A stretch of 63,509 bases of DNA, counting the filler, from Chiloscyllium plagiosum (lineage: Eukaryota): NCBI RefSeq assembly GCF_004010195.1. It is 4 parts of one record of this genome, joined end to end, with 100 filler letters (N's around TTAATTAATTAA, not from the genome) between each part and the next. Parts side by side here need not be neighbours in the genome. Positions count along the whole stretch, not along the records: positions 1 to 19,448 come from NC_057712.1; 3 more parts are not named here. The stretch is one strand, 5' to 3'. The position numbers and the translations under genes were made by a program. The notes beneath the pieces were generated by a model. It was not told the DNA's origin and made no database searches. It worked only from the letters and a program-made list of their open reading frames with translations. Positions 1 through 12,591 of this stretch are shown here, piece after piece (the first letter of the stretch is position 1; every line of letters begins with the position of its first letter).

Positions 1-136
1 TTTCCTCATTCCTGAAGAAGGGCTCATGCCTGAAACGTCGATTCTCCTGCTCCTTGGATGCTGCCTGACCTGTTGCGCTTTTCCAGCAACATATTTTCAG
101 CTCTGATCTCCAGCATCTGCTGTCCTCACTTTCTCC
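1..136 (+). mobile_element. Penelope-like terminal repeat (pLTR) fragment with hammerhead-like core
   Basis: CTGAAGA-AGGGC-TCAT-GCCT-GAAACGTC followed by the GGATGCTGCCTGACCTG...CTCACTTTCTCC tail that recurs throughout the window. Confidence 0.65.
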
Positions 137-584
137 TATTCATATATCCATCCAGGTTCCCTTTAAATGTTGTAATTGTACCAGCCTCCACCACTTCCTC
201 TGGCAGCTCATTCCATGCAAGCACCACCTTCTGCATGAAAAAGTTTCCCCTTAGGTCCCTTTTATATCTTTCCCTTTCACCCTAAACCTATGCCCTCTAG
301 TTTTGGACTCCCCTAAACCAGGGAAAAGACTTTGTCTATTTATCCTATCCATGCCACTCATAATATTGTAAACCTCTATAAGGTCACCCTTCAGCCTCCG
401 ACGCTCCAGGGAAAACAGCCTCAGCCTAATCAGCCTCTCCCTATAGCTCAAATCGTCCAACCCTGGCAACATCCTTGTAAATCTTTTCTGAATCCTTTCA
501 AGTTTCACAATATCCTTCTGATAGTAAAGAGACCAGAATTGCACATAATATTCCAAAGCGTGGCCTAACCAATGTCCTGTACAG

Positions 585-864
585 ATTCTGGATCAGTGGT
601 GCTGGAAGAACACAGCAATTCAGGCAGCATCTGACGAGCAGCAAAATCGACGTTTCGGGCAAAAGCCCTTGATCAGGAATAAAGCATGTCCTTGGTGGAG
701 TGGGAGGGGGAGTTGAAGTGTTGAGCCACGGGGTGGTTGGATGAAGGGCTTTTGCCCGAAACTTCGATTTTGCTGCTCGTTGGATGCTGCCTGAATTGCT
801 GTGTTCTTCCAGCACCACTGATCCAGAATCTGGTTTCTAGCATCTGCAGTTATTGTTTTTACCT
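585..864. mobile_element. Penelope-like inverted pLTR pair (hairpin) insertion
   Basis: Roughly 90-bp inverted arms; 15-bp direct repeat CAATGTCCTGTACAG at 570-584 and 865-879. Confidence 0.75.
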
Positions 865-938
865 CAATGTCCTGTACAGCCACAACTTGACCCCCCAACT
901 CCTATACTCAATGTTCTGACCAATAAAGGAAAGCATAC

Positions 939-1599
939 TGTTGTGGAGAAAATATAGAGAACCACCAGGAGACGCAGAGAGTTCTTCAAAATGTAGGTCT
1001 TTTATTTGCAATCAAAAAACCGTGACACTGAGAAAGTTGATTCTCGAATGCCCACGAACCTCAGGGTCCGTGGATTTTTATATCTATTTTTGTCATGTTT
1101 CTGTTAGCTTATCAGGATGTCCAACTATATTAATCAAAGGTACCTCACTCTGCTGACACAATAAACAAGTGATGTTAGTTCCCATTATCTCTTTAGTTGT
1201 ACATTCTGCTTAATGTTATTCTAATGCCACGGTTAGATATTTATTGCTAACTTTGCTCCAGTGATCTTTCATTGTAGACTAATCTATCATGATTGATATT
1301 TAGCTATTCTATCTATTACAATAGTCTCCTGTCTCAAGCTGACTCTACTAACTATTAATTAGATATTTTAATGTCATGTCCCAAATATTAATGGTCCCAA
1401 TCCTGCCATAATAACACTTAACAGAGAAACTTGCTTTATTACTTGTGTTATCTCATCTCACCATAGTGACCTTTCAGCCTTAACCTTACTCTGCTAATTG
1501 GTGTAAGAATGTTCCACTATGTTTGTCCCATCCTGCCTTCTACAGAATACAGGTTGTCAGTGGTCTTCATGCTTTACCCCTTCCTTTTTATTTTCCATA
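939..1599 (-). mobile_element. Solo LTR (ERV/Gypsy-like) inserted into CR1
   Basis: Starts TG; termini are imperfectly inverted (TGTGGAGAAAATA / TATTTTCCATA); flanked by ATAC/ATAA; CR1 resumes in register on both sides; minus-strand TATAAAAA (~1076-1083) upstream of AATAAA (~1002-1007). Confidence 0.7.
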
Positions 1600-2529
1600 A
1601 TAACAAACACCTTCTCCACTGTGACTCTACTTTCAAGGAACTATGAAACTTCACTCCAAGATCTCTTTGTTCAGCAATACTCCCTCTGATCTTACCATTA
1701 AGTGTATAAGGCCTGCTCTGATTTGCTTCTCCAAAATGCAGCACCTCACATTCATCTAAATTAAATTCCATCTGCCATTCTTTGGCCCATTTGATCAAGG
1801 CCCATTTGTACTCTGTGGTAACCTTTCTCGCTGACCACAACACCTCCAATTTTGGTGTTAGCTGCAAACTTACTAACTATACCTCCGAAGTTCACATCCA
1901 AATCATTCACATAAATGACAAAAAGTAGTGGACCCAGTACCGATCCTTGTGGCATACCACTGGTCACAGGCTTCTGGTCTGAAAAGCAACCCTCCACCAC
2001 CACCTTCTTTCTTCTACCTTCAAGACAATTCTATATCCAAATGGCTAGTTCTCCCTGTACTCCATGTGATCTAACCTTGCTAACCAGTCAACTTTGTTGA
2101 ATGCCTCACTGAACTCCATGTAGATCACACCCACCACTCTGCTCTCACCAATCCTCTTCATTACTTCTTCAAAAATCTCAATCAAGTTAGTGAGACATGA
2201 TTTCCCATGCACAAAGCCATGTTGTCCATCCCTAATCAATCCTTGGCTATCCAAATACATGTAAATCCTGTACCTCAGGATTCCCTCCAACAACTTGTCC
2301 ACCACATGTGTCAAGCTCACATGTCTATGGTTCCCATTCCCTGGCTTTTCCTTACTACCTTTCTTAAATAGTGGCACCACATTAGTCAACCTCCAGTCTT
2401 CCGGCACCTCACCTGTGACTATTGATGATACAAATATCTCAGCAACGGGCCCAGTAATCACTTCCCTAGCTTCCTACCTGAACTGTTCAAATGCAGAGGA
2501 TTCCGCAGGCTCAATGTGTTCACGTAGAC

Positions 2530-3285
2530 AATATATTTCTTCATCTCAGCCTTAAATGGTCAACCCTGCATCCTTAAACTGTGACCCTTGGTTCTGATCT
2601 GCCTGATCAACAAGAACATCCTTCCTGCATCAATCCTGTTTAATCCTGTTGGAATTTTGTAAGTTGCTGTGAGATACACCCCCCCCCTGTCATTCTTCTA
2701 AACTACAACAATATGGTCCTAATCAATCCAGTCTCTCCAGGTAATTCATCCCTTCATCTGATGAGTTAGTCTGATAAACCTCGCTCAATATCCAGAACAT
2801 TCTTCCTCCGATAAGGAAACTAAAACAGCACACTTTACTCCAGGTGTGGTCTTACCAATACCCACACTTTACTCCAGATGTGGTCTTACCAATACCCCAT
2901 ACACCCCCACTGTTGCACGTTTGCTATGGAGGCCAACATACCAGCATTCGATACACCTGCATGTTTACTTTAAGTGATTGGTGTATGAGGACACCCAGGT
3001 CTCAGTGCAGAGCCCCCTTTTAGAACCTACTGACATTCAGTTAATAATTGGCCTGCCTGTTTAACTACCAAAGTGGATAACCTCACATTTATCCACATAG
3101 CATCTGCTATGTATATGCCCACTCATTTGACTTGTCCAAAACACAGTGAAGCTTTTCTGAATTTTCCCCACAGCCTACCCTCCCGTCTAGCTTTGTGTTA
3201 TCTACCAGCTTGGGGATATTATATGTAATTTCCTCATCTAAATAATTATATGTTGTGACTAGCTATGGTCCAAGCACTGATCATA
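2530..3285 (-). mobile_element. Degraded CR1-like LINE 3' fragment
   Basis: Nucleotide similarity to other CR1 3' ends in the window. Confidence 0.6.
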
Positions 3286-3512
3286 GAATCACTACAGGAA
3301 AGAAACTACATATCCCTGAACACTATGGGCAGTTTAGCATGGCCAATTCCTCGAACTTACACATCTTTGGATTCTGAAAGTAACCTAGAGGAAACCCACG
3401 CAGACATGGGGAGAATGTGCACACTCCACACAGACATTCACCCAAAGCTGGAATCAAACCCAGGTCCCTGGCACTGTGAGGAAGCAGTGCTAACCACTGA
3501 GTCACCATGCTG
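3286..3512 (-). mobile_element. tRNA-derived SINE (HE1-like)
   Basis: Reverse complement of GGTGACTCAGTGGTTAGCACTGC (A box), B-box-like motif and conserved central body. Confidence 0.8.
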
Positions 3513-4745
3513 TCCCTATCTCTGCAGTTTTCCACGAGTCACTGTCTTCCTTCCCTTTGGCTACCTTCCAGCCTCATCTTTTTCTCTTCAGCTGCTCAAC
3601 CTCCAGCTTCGCATCACCCTGTATAGCTGCTCCACGCCAAGCCTCATGTTACTCACTTCAACCACTTGTTCATGATTGAAACTAGACTGTGAGGAGAGAG
3701 TGGAGCAATTGGATTATGATTAAATTGCTATGAGTCATTGGGAGAGTGAGAGATTACGAACAGAGCTATCTAAGTCCTTCAGCTAGTGCACAATAGATCC
3801 AAATTGCAATGCTCAAACTCGCTGAATGGCTAGAACTCACTAGACAGTCCCTAGCTATACTAGGAGTGGCAATGATGGCAGAGTAAGCTGAGTTTCTAGG
3901 AAACCAAGAATTAAACAAACTGCAGCTTGGAGGAAACCTATAAGAGTGAGGCACATGTGAACCTGCAGTGCCCTTGCTTAGAGAAGGAACTGCAGAACCT
4001 GCTGTACTTTAAGAACCATTTGTGGCCTTGTCTGCAACCAGGCCATATCTCATACAACTGAGCCAGCACCTGCTCCCACTGTTGGGCAAAAGAGCTATGC
4101 GTCCTGTCAGAGCTATAAGATAAATCTGTACACCTTGCCAATCCTGGAAACATTCCAATCAGAACTAGAACTTGCAGGTTAGCTATCCATTTAGCCCAAA
4201 CTCAACCTTGGCTGTAAGAAGTGGGAGTTCCTAATGAGAGATCAAGTTTCTCACAGTGAAGACTTCATGGAAGAAGAGGGTAACGAAAGCAGCAAGCATT
4301 TTCCTGTTTGCCAACAAGCTGATGATCAGCAAAGAAAGAAAACAGTGACATGACATCCCACACTAGTATGCCACCCATTGTCAAATATCACCTGGCACTA
4401 GGTTTCCTTTTTTCTATGTGTGCAAGCAGGATATGCCCTCCCATCACTCAGTATTGACTGAAACAGCTGCCTCCTGGTTGAAACCTAGCCCACAAGATCA
4501 TGGATGAGTGTACAGTTTCCTTATAAGCTGGTGTCCACAGTTTATTATAGTTTCCCTTCATATTTTACCCAATCTGGTCTAGATATCAACAGCTTAATTC
4601 ATAAAGGACCAGTAGTTAATTTTTGGCAAACAGTATTTCATTTCAAATAGCAATTTGTTGACTGAGGTTCAAAAATAATAATTTGGTTGTGTTAATGTAC
4701 AGTATTTTGTAGTCTTAAAGACTTCAAATAATTGACTTATTTCAG

Positions 4746-4856
4746 GTTTAAAAGACTACAGTGCTTTCCTGGCTCTTCACACTGTGTTGGATTTCTGGGA
4801 ATCTCTGGGTTTGCAGAGAGTTCGAGGATATATCAAAGATCTTATGTCCCAAGCTG
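4746..4856 (+). CDS. Internal exon of a PLP-dependent C-S lyase (L-cysteine desulfhydrase / hercynylcysteine sulfoxide lyase Egt2-like; aminotransferase class V)
   Basis: TTATTCAG| acceptor, |GTGAG donor, phase 1-1; (G)LKDYSAFLALHTVLDFWESLGLQRVRGYIKDLMSQA resembles the G-T/L-R/K-D-Y-S-A block of LCD/Egt2-type lyases; joins in frame to exon 23484. Confidence 0.8.
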
Positions 4857-5435
4857 GTGAGAGTTATTATTATAATTACGTTTACCTGTTAACATCAAAA
4901 TCTGATTCTTGGGTTACTTTTCAGTTGATGGTTATTTGTACAGATTTCTGTTTCCACACTACACCATTTATTTTCTTTTCTATTGTGGGTTTTGCTGGGT
5001 CACTGCTGCCTAAGTCTTAAAAGATGCTCTTATCTATTTCCTCTGCTGCTCTCCTGAAGGTACTTGCATTCATTCTTGTCCAGGTAGCCAATATTCACAT
5101 GTGAGCTAAGCATTAATAGTATGTTTTGACCACATGCATTGTTTATACATGCATATGTCCGATATCGATTACTGAAATCAAAATTAGGCTTAATGAAAAA
5201 CATTGCAGGTCAGTACCTTTAAAGCAATAAAGAGAGGTTATGTAGGATACTTACCAGAAATGGTCTACTTATTTTCAGGTCTGTTGTGCATTATGCTGAC
5301 TTTTTCTTAATTTTAGGTTTTCAGCATTTACTTTCTGGATTGTAGTTTAAAAGTTGGGAGCATTGTTCAATTTTCTGCCCATCAACAAGGGAAGCACTGC
5401 ACCATAATGTAGGGCCCAAGATGTAGGGCCCAATT

Positions 5436-5762
5436 AGATTAGATTCCCTATAGTATGGAAACAGGCCCTTCGGCCCAACAAGTCCACACCGACCCTCCGA
5501 AGACAAACCCACCCAGACCTATTCCTGTACCCTATATTTACTCTTGCCTAATGCGCCTAACACTATGGGCAATTTAGCAAGGCCAATTAGCCTGGCATGC
5601 ACATCTTTAGATTGTGGGAGGAAACCGGAGCACCTGGAGGAAACCCATGCAGACATGGGAAGAAAGTGCAAACTCCACAGAGGCAGTGGCCCAAGGCTGA
5701 AATTGAACCCAGGTCCCTGGTGCTATGAGACAGCAGTTCTAACCATTGAGCCACTGTGCCCC
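5436..5762 (-). mobile_element. tRNA-derived SINE (HE1-like), full length with CR1-type tail
   Basis: A/B boxes on minus strand, (AATCT)n tail. Confidence 0.85.
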
Positions 5763-5785
5763 CTGAAAAATATAGAAATTTTACT

Positions 5786-5876
5786 TGAGGCTGCTGGGAC
5801 TCGAACCCACAATCTCCCAATAACAAGTACAACAATGATGTAGAAATCCAACACGCTCTCCTTTATAATCACCTGA
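5786..5876 (-). pseudogene. Decayed intron-containing tRNA-Arg(TCT) pseudogene
   Basis: Minus strand GGAGAGCGTGTTGGATTTCTA-[~19 nt]-ATTGGGAGATTGTGGGTTCGAGTCCCAGCAG resembles vertebrate tRNA-Arg-TCT; T-run about 20 nt downstream; acceptor and D stems degenerate. Confidence 0.55.
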
Positions 5877-6869
5877 TGCAATATTAAAAATGTGTAACTT
5901 TAGAGTTAGTCTTAAGTTAAAAGTACAGCTAATTAACTCATATTAAGTTGAAAAAGCAGGAGCAGAATTGTTTATTTACAGCTGCCACAGCTATGAACAT
6001 TGTTCATGATGAGTTTCAACGGTTGTGATATGAGAGTAGTACAACATTTATTTATTAAAATCAGACTACTTTGATATGTAAACTTAAATTTGTAGGGTCC
6101 AGCTTTTGTTTTCTATAATAAGGTGTATGTAAATATTTAAAGATGATGCTAAATCATTCCTGTCTAAGTATTCAAACTTCCTTGGTTAGCTCATTTGCAT
6201 CTTTATTCAAAGCATCAAGTGCAAGCTGGAGCAGGTGTAGTGAACAAGCAAGAGAAAGAAGAAGACATTTCTATGTGAAAGGTGAGAATAATACAAAGGG
6301 AGCTCAGAATGCTGGGATATAAATTCTGAATGCTATTAGAATTACGAACAGAGGCGATAACTAGGATAGTGGTTAATACTTCAGTAACTAAGATAGGGTG
6401 GGTGGGAGCACATGAAAATAACTCAAACCTGAAAATAAAAAAAATGTTGGCATCCTCCATTCACAGGGGAAGATGGATGTACAACAAGTAATTTATTTAG
6501 ATTGGGTATCTTCAATTGATTCACTTTTTGCTGATGCCTATGAAGGCTAATCCTTGAGAAGCAGATTCTGTCACTAATGCTGCACGTGAAGCTTTCAATT
6601 GACACACTGAGTTGTTATTCTTGGTGCTGGTACCTATAGCTAAGCTGCTTTGCTATTGGTTGTCCTGGTGGTGCAAGTTGGCCTCACCAGATGCTTTGCC
6701 ATTTTGTCCTGGGAAGTGCTGGAGAAACCCAGCTGAGGAAAACATCAGTGGAGAGAGAAATAGAAATAATGTTTCAAGTCTAATTACTCTTCTTTGGAAC
6801 AGCTAGGTTGACCAAGATTAGGAATTAATTATCTGAGAATATTTAACATTTTAGGGAGGTGGGCAAAAT

Positions 6870-7810
6870 ATAAAGGAGGTATGTTGGGAATCTTAATAAG
6901 AGTGATTCATACATTAGTAAGCGATAAACTTACATTGAAGGCCAAGTTGGCCATGGGGAATTGGGAAAATACACTAAAAGATTTGACTGTAAACAAGGCA
7001 ATGGTTAGAGACAATCTGCAACAGATATACATTCCTCTAAGGCACAAACAACCTAAGAGAATGACAAATCAAACATCATTAATGAAATAAATTAAAGATT
7101 GCATTAAATCAAGGGAAATCAAAAGTAGGATGCTGCAAGAAGCGATAAACCCAAGATCTAGGAGCAGTTTAGAACAGTGCAAAAGAGGACAAATAACCAG
7201 ATTAAGAAAGAGAAAAGGGAATATGAATGGGGGACCTAAAGACAGATTGCAAAAGCTTTGTTACACATGTGAAAAGTAAAAGACTAGCCAGGACAAATGT
7301 GGGACCATTTCAGGTGTGAACAGTAGAATATATAGTAGACAGCAATGAAATGACTGAGAAGCTAAAATTACTTAGCATTAGTTTTCGCAGGAGAAAATCT
7401 CGCAGAAATACTAGATACTAGGGCCTTGTAAAACTGAGGTGCTAACTAATAATAAGTATTGGTAAAAAAAAAGTATTTGAAAACTTAACCTAATTGGACA
7501 TTGATAAATCCCATAGAATAGATGATCTTCATCCCAGACTGTTGATGATGGTAGCTGGAGAGATAATGGATGCATACAGTAGTTGGTTTTCTTTCAAAAT
7601 TCTATCAGTTCTGGAAAGGTGGATTGAAATGTAGCAAATATAATTCCATTATTTAAGAAAGGAGAAAATGGTATAATGGAGAGCTTTAGATTTGTTAGTT
7701 TGAGATCAGTAGTGAGAAAATATTAAAATTTATTATAAAGGATATGAACTGGAGATTTACAAAAGAATGGCAAAATTCAGCAGCATCAACATGGAATTGC
7801 AAAAGTTAAC
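6870..7810 (+). mobile_element. Highly degraded CR1 ORF2 fragment
   Basis: Remnants of DKSPG.D.LHPR and NIIPLFKKG motifs. Confidence 0.6.
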
Positions 7811-8209
7811 CTACGTAAAATAAAGATGGAATAGAAGTGGGAACTGTATTAAATGGTGGTCAACTGTGTTTGGGAGAAATATATGCCTAAAAGAATCAAG
7901 ACCAAATAAGCTAATAATGAAACTTTATGCACAAATAAAGAGATAACTACATAAGCCAAGGATATTTAAAAAGGTTAACTATCAGATTTTAAAGAAATTA
8001 GATGACAAAAAGGAACTGTGAAATTAAGTCATAAGGAAACATAAAAAGGAAGAGCACAAGACTCTACATACAAGTAACAAAAACCTCAAATCAGGATAAG
8101 AGTATGCCTTCCATGGGATGTGCAAAATAAACAGGTATTGACAGCAAAATGGGCCAAATATGGAATCATTAGTTTCCCTGAGTCCTCACCAGAAAGACTA
8201 ATTTTGTGA

Positions 8210-9190
8210 TCATGAACATATGAATTAGGAACAGAGGTAGATCACTTGGCTATTGGGCTTGCTCTGCCATTCTCCATTGGATCAAAGATGTTCTAATTCC
8301 ACCAAGTCCAATAACTTTCATCTCACTTAGCAAGGATTTATCTACCTCTGCCTTCAAAATATTCAAAGTCTCTGCTTCCACCAGGTTTTAAAGAGAGTTT
8401 TTAAGTTTTTCAACCCTGTATGCGAAAACCAGTTCTCCTAATCTCTATCTTAATTGTGCAACTCCTTAATATCAAGCAGTGGCAACTGTTTCGACTTTCT
8501 CACAAGAGGACACACCCTTTCCACATCCATACTGTCAGGATCTTATATGTTTCCAGCATGTTGTCTCTTACACTTCTGTAAGTCTAGGTTATCCAACCTT
8601 TACACATAAATCAACCCATTAATTCCAAGAATTAGTCTTATGACCCTCTCTGAACTGCCTCCAATGAACTTACATCCTTCCTTAAAGGAGGAAGCCATCA
8701 CTCTGCACAGTACTTTAGATGTGGTCCTAGCTATGCTTGGGATCTGAGTGTCCTTGTACGTCAGTCAATTAAAATAGGCAAGCAGGTGCAGCAAGCAATT
8801 AAGAAGGCAAATGTTTTATTGGTCTTCATTTCAATAAGTTTTGAGTTCAGAACTAAGGATGGCTTAATGCAGTTATACAGGACCTTGGTGAGACCACATC
8901 AGGAGTATTATGTGCTGTTTTAGTCTCCCTACCCAAAAATGAATATACTTGCCATAGAGGGAGTGTGTGCGATGTTCATTACGTTGATATTGAGGATGGC
9001 AGGACTGTCCTATGAGAAGAGATTGATCCACTTTCGCCTGTATTCACTAGAGTTTAGAAGGTTTTGATCGAAAAGTATGGAATTGTAAATGGGCAGAAAT
9101 ACCAGATTCAGGGAGGATGATTTCCCTGGTTGAGAAGTTTAGAACGAGAGGACAGTCTCAGGATACAGGTAGGCCACTTAGGACTTGTGG
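8210..9190. mobile_element. Two oppositely oriented degraded CR1 3' fragments
   Basis: Similarity to CR1 3' coding/UTR copies elsewhere in the window. Confidence 0.6.
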
Positions 9191-9307
9191 TGGAATACTC
9201 ACCGTTTGCCTGATTGACTGCAGCTCCAAAGCTCAACCAAGACAGAACAGCCGCTAGATTGTTGCCCATTTCAACATTCGCTTCCTCAACCATCAATACC
9301 CATAATT

Positions 9308-9514
9308 CGGAGATGCCGGTGTTGGACTGGGGTGTACAAAGTTAAAAATCACACAACACCAGGTTATAGTCCAACAGGTTTAATTGGAAGCACACTAGCT
9401 TTCGGAGTGACGCTCCTTCATCTGACAATCACCTGATGAAGGAGCGTCGCTCCAAAAGCTAGTGGCTTCCAATTAAACCTGTTGGACTATAACCTGGTGT
9501 TGTGTGATTTTTAA
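9308..9514. mobile_element. Penelope-like inverted pLTR pair with two decayed hammerhead motifs
   Basis: Inverted arms centred near 9427; CTGATGA-AGGAGC-GTC-GCTCC-(G>A)AAA-GCTAGTG; direct repeat CATCAATACCCA on both sides. Confidence 0.75.
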
Positions 9515-9526
9515 CATCAATACCCA

Positions 9527-10740
9527 GTTGTTGTGGTTCTGTTCGCTGAGTTGGGAATTTGTGTTGCAGACATTTCGTCCCCTGTCTAGGTGACATCCTC
9601 AGTGCTTGGGAGCCTCCTGTGAAGCGCTTCTGTGATGTTTCCTCCGGCATTTATAGTGGTTTTGTCTCTGCCGCTTTTGGTTGTCAGTTCCAGCTGTCCG
9701 CTGCAGTGGCCGGTATATTGGGTCCAGGTCGATGTGTTTATTGATAGAATCTGTGGATAAGTGCCATGCCCCTAGGAATTCCCTGGCTGTTCTCTGTTTG
9801 GCTTGTCCTATAATAGTAATGTTGTCCCAGTCGAACTCATGTTGCTTGTCATCTGCGTGTGTGACTACTAAGGATAGCTGGTCGTGTTGTTTCGTGGCTA
9901 GTTGGTGTTCATGGATGCGGATCGTTAGCTGTCTTCCTGTTTGTCCTATGTAGTGTTTTGTGCAGTCCTTGCATGGGAATTTGTACACTACATTGGTTTT
10001 GCTCATGCTGGGTATGGGTCCTTCGTTCTGGTGAGTTGTCTGAGAGTGGCTATTGGTTTGTGTGCTGTTATGAGTCCTAGTGGTCGCAGTAGTCTGGCCG
10101 TACATCAAGAGCATTTCTGAACTGACAGCCAGACTACTGCGACCACTAGGACTCANNNNNNNNNNNNNNNNNNNNNNNNNNNNNNNNNNNNNNNNNNNNN
10201 NNNNNNNNNNNNNNNNNNNNNNNNNNNNNNNNNNNNNNNNNNNNNNNNNNNNNNNNNNNNNNNNNNNNNNNNNNNNNNNNNNNNNNNNNNNNNNNNNNNN
10301 NNNNNNNNNNNNNNNNNNNNNNNNNNNNNNNNNNNNNNNNNNNNNNNNNNNNNNNNNNNNNNNNNNNNNNNNNNNNNNNNNNNNNNNNNNNNNNNNNNNN
10401 NNNNNNNNNNNNNNNNNNNNNNNNNNNNNNNNNNNNNNNNNNNNNNNNNNNNNNNNNNNNNNNNNNNNNNNNNNNNNNNNNNNNNNNNNNNNNNNNNNNT
10501 CCTGTTGTCTGTTCTGTCTGTCCAGCAGGTTGGCTATTGTTTCTCTGGCTAGGGTTTTGTCGATAGAGGTGAACAGTGCCGTTACATCGAATGAGACCAT
10601 AGTTTCTTCCTTGTCTATGTGTATATTTCTGATGATGTCCAAGAATTCCTGTGTTGACTGTATAGAGTGTCTGGATCCGCTGATCTGGTGTTTCAGTTTC
10701 TGCTGTAGTTCTTTAGCCAGCCAATCTTCTCACAAACTTT
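9527..10740 (-). mobile_element. Penelope-like element RT and GIY-YIG endonuclease fragment (spans an N gap)
   Basis: MVSFDVTALFTSI (RT) and NVVYKFPCKDCTKHYIGQTGRQLTIRIHEH (GIY-YIG). Confidence 0.9.
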
Positions 10741-11944
10741 GATCAATACCCAGTGTGAGCAATGTGTACCTTGCAGGTTCCGTTGCCAGCACCTTCCAAA
10801 TCCAAGACCTCTACCACCACCTCAAAAGGCACTGGCAGTAGATGCATGTGAGCACCACCAATTGCAAAGTCCCCTTCAATTGGTATACTATACTGACTTG
10901 GATCTATTGTGCTGTTCCTTCACTTTTGCTGGGTCTTGAGCACATAACAGAGCCTGACATTCTGTGCCATATTGAGGGAGGTACTATCTTTAAGATGAAT
11001 TGTTAAATCAGAACTTTCCTTTTCAGATGAACATGAAGCATCCCATTTCAGTACTTAAAACAGAGCAAGGGTGTGCTCCTTTCTCCTGGTCAACAATTAT
11101 TCCTTAAACACATTATCTGGTTACATGTTTTATCACTAATTTGTGCTATTGCTCTTCTATGACATTGACCTTTGCTGGTTGTGCCGCTGCCCTCTTAGAA
11201 AATAACACTGACTATCCTTCAAAACTATGTAATTAGCAACAAAGCTTATTTAAATAAACTCACACTGCAAGTTATTTTGTTAGTTAGTCAAGGATTCAGG
11301 AAAACAAAAGTTCAATTGTGATTTTGTTGTGGGCTCCTGATAACATTGCAACATTAGACTGGTTTTATCTCAGTATTCCTTGTCCTTCCAAAGGTCAGCC
11401 ACCCAGAGGTTATTGTTACAACCATGAGAAATACTGCACATGAAACTTTAAAATGATCAGCCTCCAGAGCTCAAGCATTTGATGATCTTTCAATGAAAAA
11501 TTTATAACGCTTTTTGATTGCTAAGTTCTCGTATCACCTTTCATTTTTAAATGTTTGTAATAATTGTGCATTTCTTTTGATTTTCTGTTTCATACAGATA
11601 TTTTTAAGGCCTATTTTTCTAACTTCTGATTCTTGGAAGTAGTACGTTTCCTGATTAACAGTTAGAAAGGCACAGGGGAAGGAAAAAGAGCAAATAAAAA
11701 TCAAAGAGAGAGAGAGACAAAAGTACAAAAAGAAGATAACAGAAAGAGAGGAAAAGAATGTGGGATAGCAAAGCTAAAGAGAAAGTGTTATCAATAGCAA
11801 AGAAAAAGATAGCAAAGAAAGAAAAACCAGCCTAGAGGTAAGACTAAAATTACAGAAACAGAAAAATGAGAAAAGAAACTGTATTTTGCTGTACTGTTTA
11901 TACATGCAATTGTGTTTTGCCATCTACCATTTCATGGGAACCCC

Positions 11945-12262
11945 CGGCGGCACGGTGGCACAGTGGTTAGCACTGCTGCCTCACAGCGCCAGAGACCCGG
12001 GTTCAATTCCCGCCTCAGGCGACTGACTGTGTGGAGTTTGCACATTCTTCCCGTGTCTGTATGGGTTTCCTCCGAGTGCTCCGGTTTCCTCTCACAGTCA
12101 CAAAGATGTGCAGGTCAGGTGAATTGGCCATGCTAAATTGCCCGTAGTGTTAGGTAAGGGGTAGATGTAGATGGATGGGTTGCGCTTCGGCGGGGCGGTG
12201 TGGACTTGTTGGGCCGAAGGGCCTGTTTCCACACTGTAAGTAATCTAAATTAGTAATCTAAA
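11945..12262 (+). mobile_element. tRNA-derived SINE (HE1-like), young copy
   Basis: A box TGGCACAGTGG, B box GGTTCAATTCC, CpGs retained, CR1-like tail. Confidence 0.9.
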
Positions 12263-12591
12263 ACCCAACAGAAAAATAATTGTAAACCTACTGTCAAATT
12301 TGCCACTGTAATTGATCTCAAAGAAAGGAGGCCTGGCTGAGTTAGAGTGAGTACAAACACAAGCCCAACAAAATTACCTTGTTCTGTGTTTGTGAAATAT
12401 TTCCCAATGGTGTCAGATTCAGGATATCATCATTTCGTAATTCTATTGCACTTTTGGGTGTAGACCAAAATAATGGCACCAAGCCACTCTGAGTCGTCTG
12501 AGCATTTTATTCCATTTTAGTAATGACCACGTGTCTTACTGCGGAGCTCATTTAAGACAGTAAAATATCCCAAGACCCTTCACAGAGTGTA

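Larger units (their letters stand above)
137..2470 (-). mobile_element. CR1/HER1 LINE, 5'-truncated RT and 3' end, split by a Penelope insert (585-864) and a solo LTR (939-1599)
   Basis: Minus-strand peptides [38 protein letters not shown](D)NTKIGG, LEYYVQFWS..ERIQKRFTRMLPG. Confidence 0.9.

Noticed and set aside
11945..12020. tRNA gene
   Set aside because: tRNA-derived SINE head continuous with the SINE body and CR1 tail.
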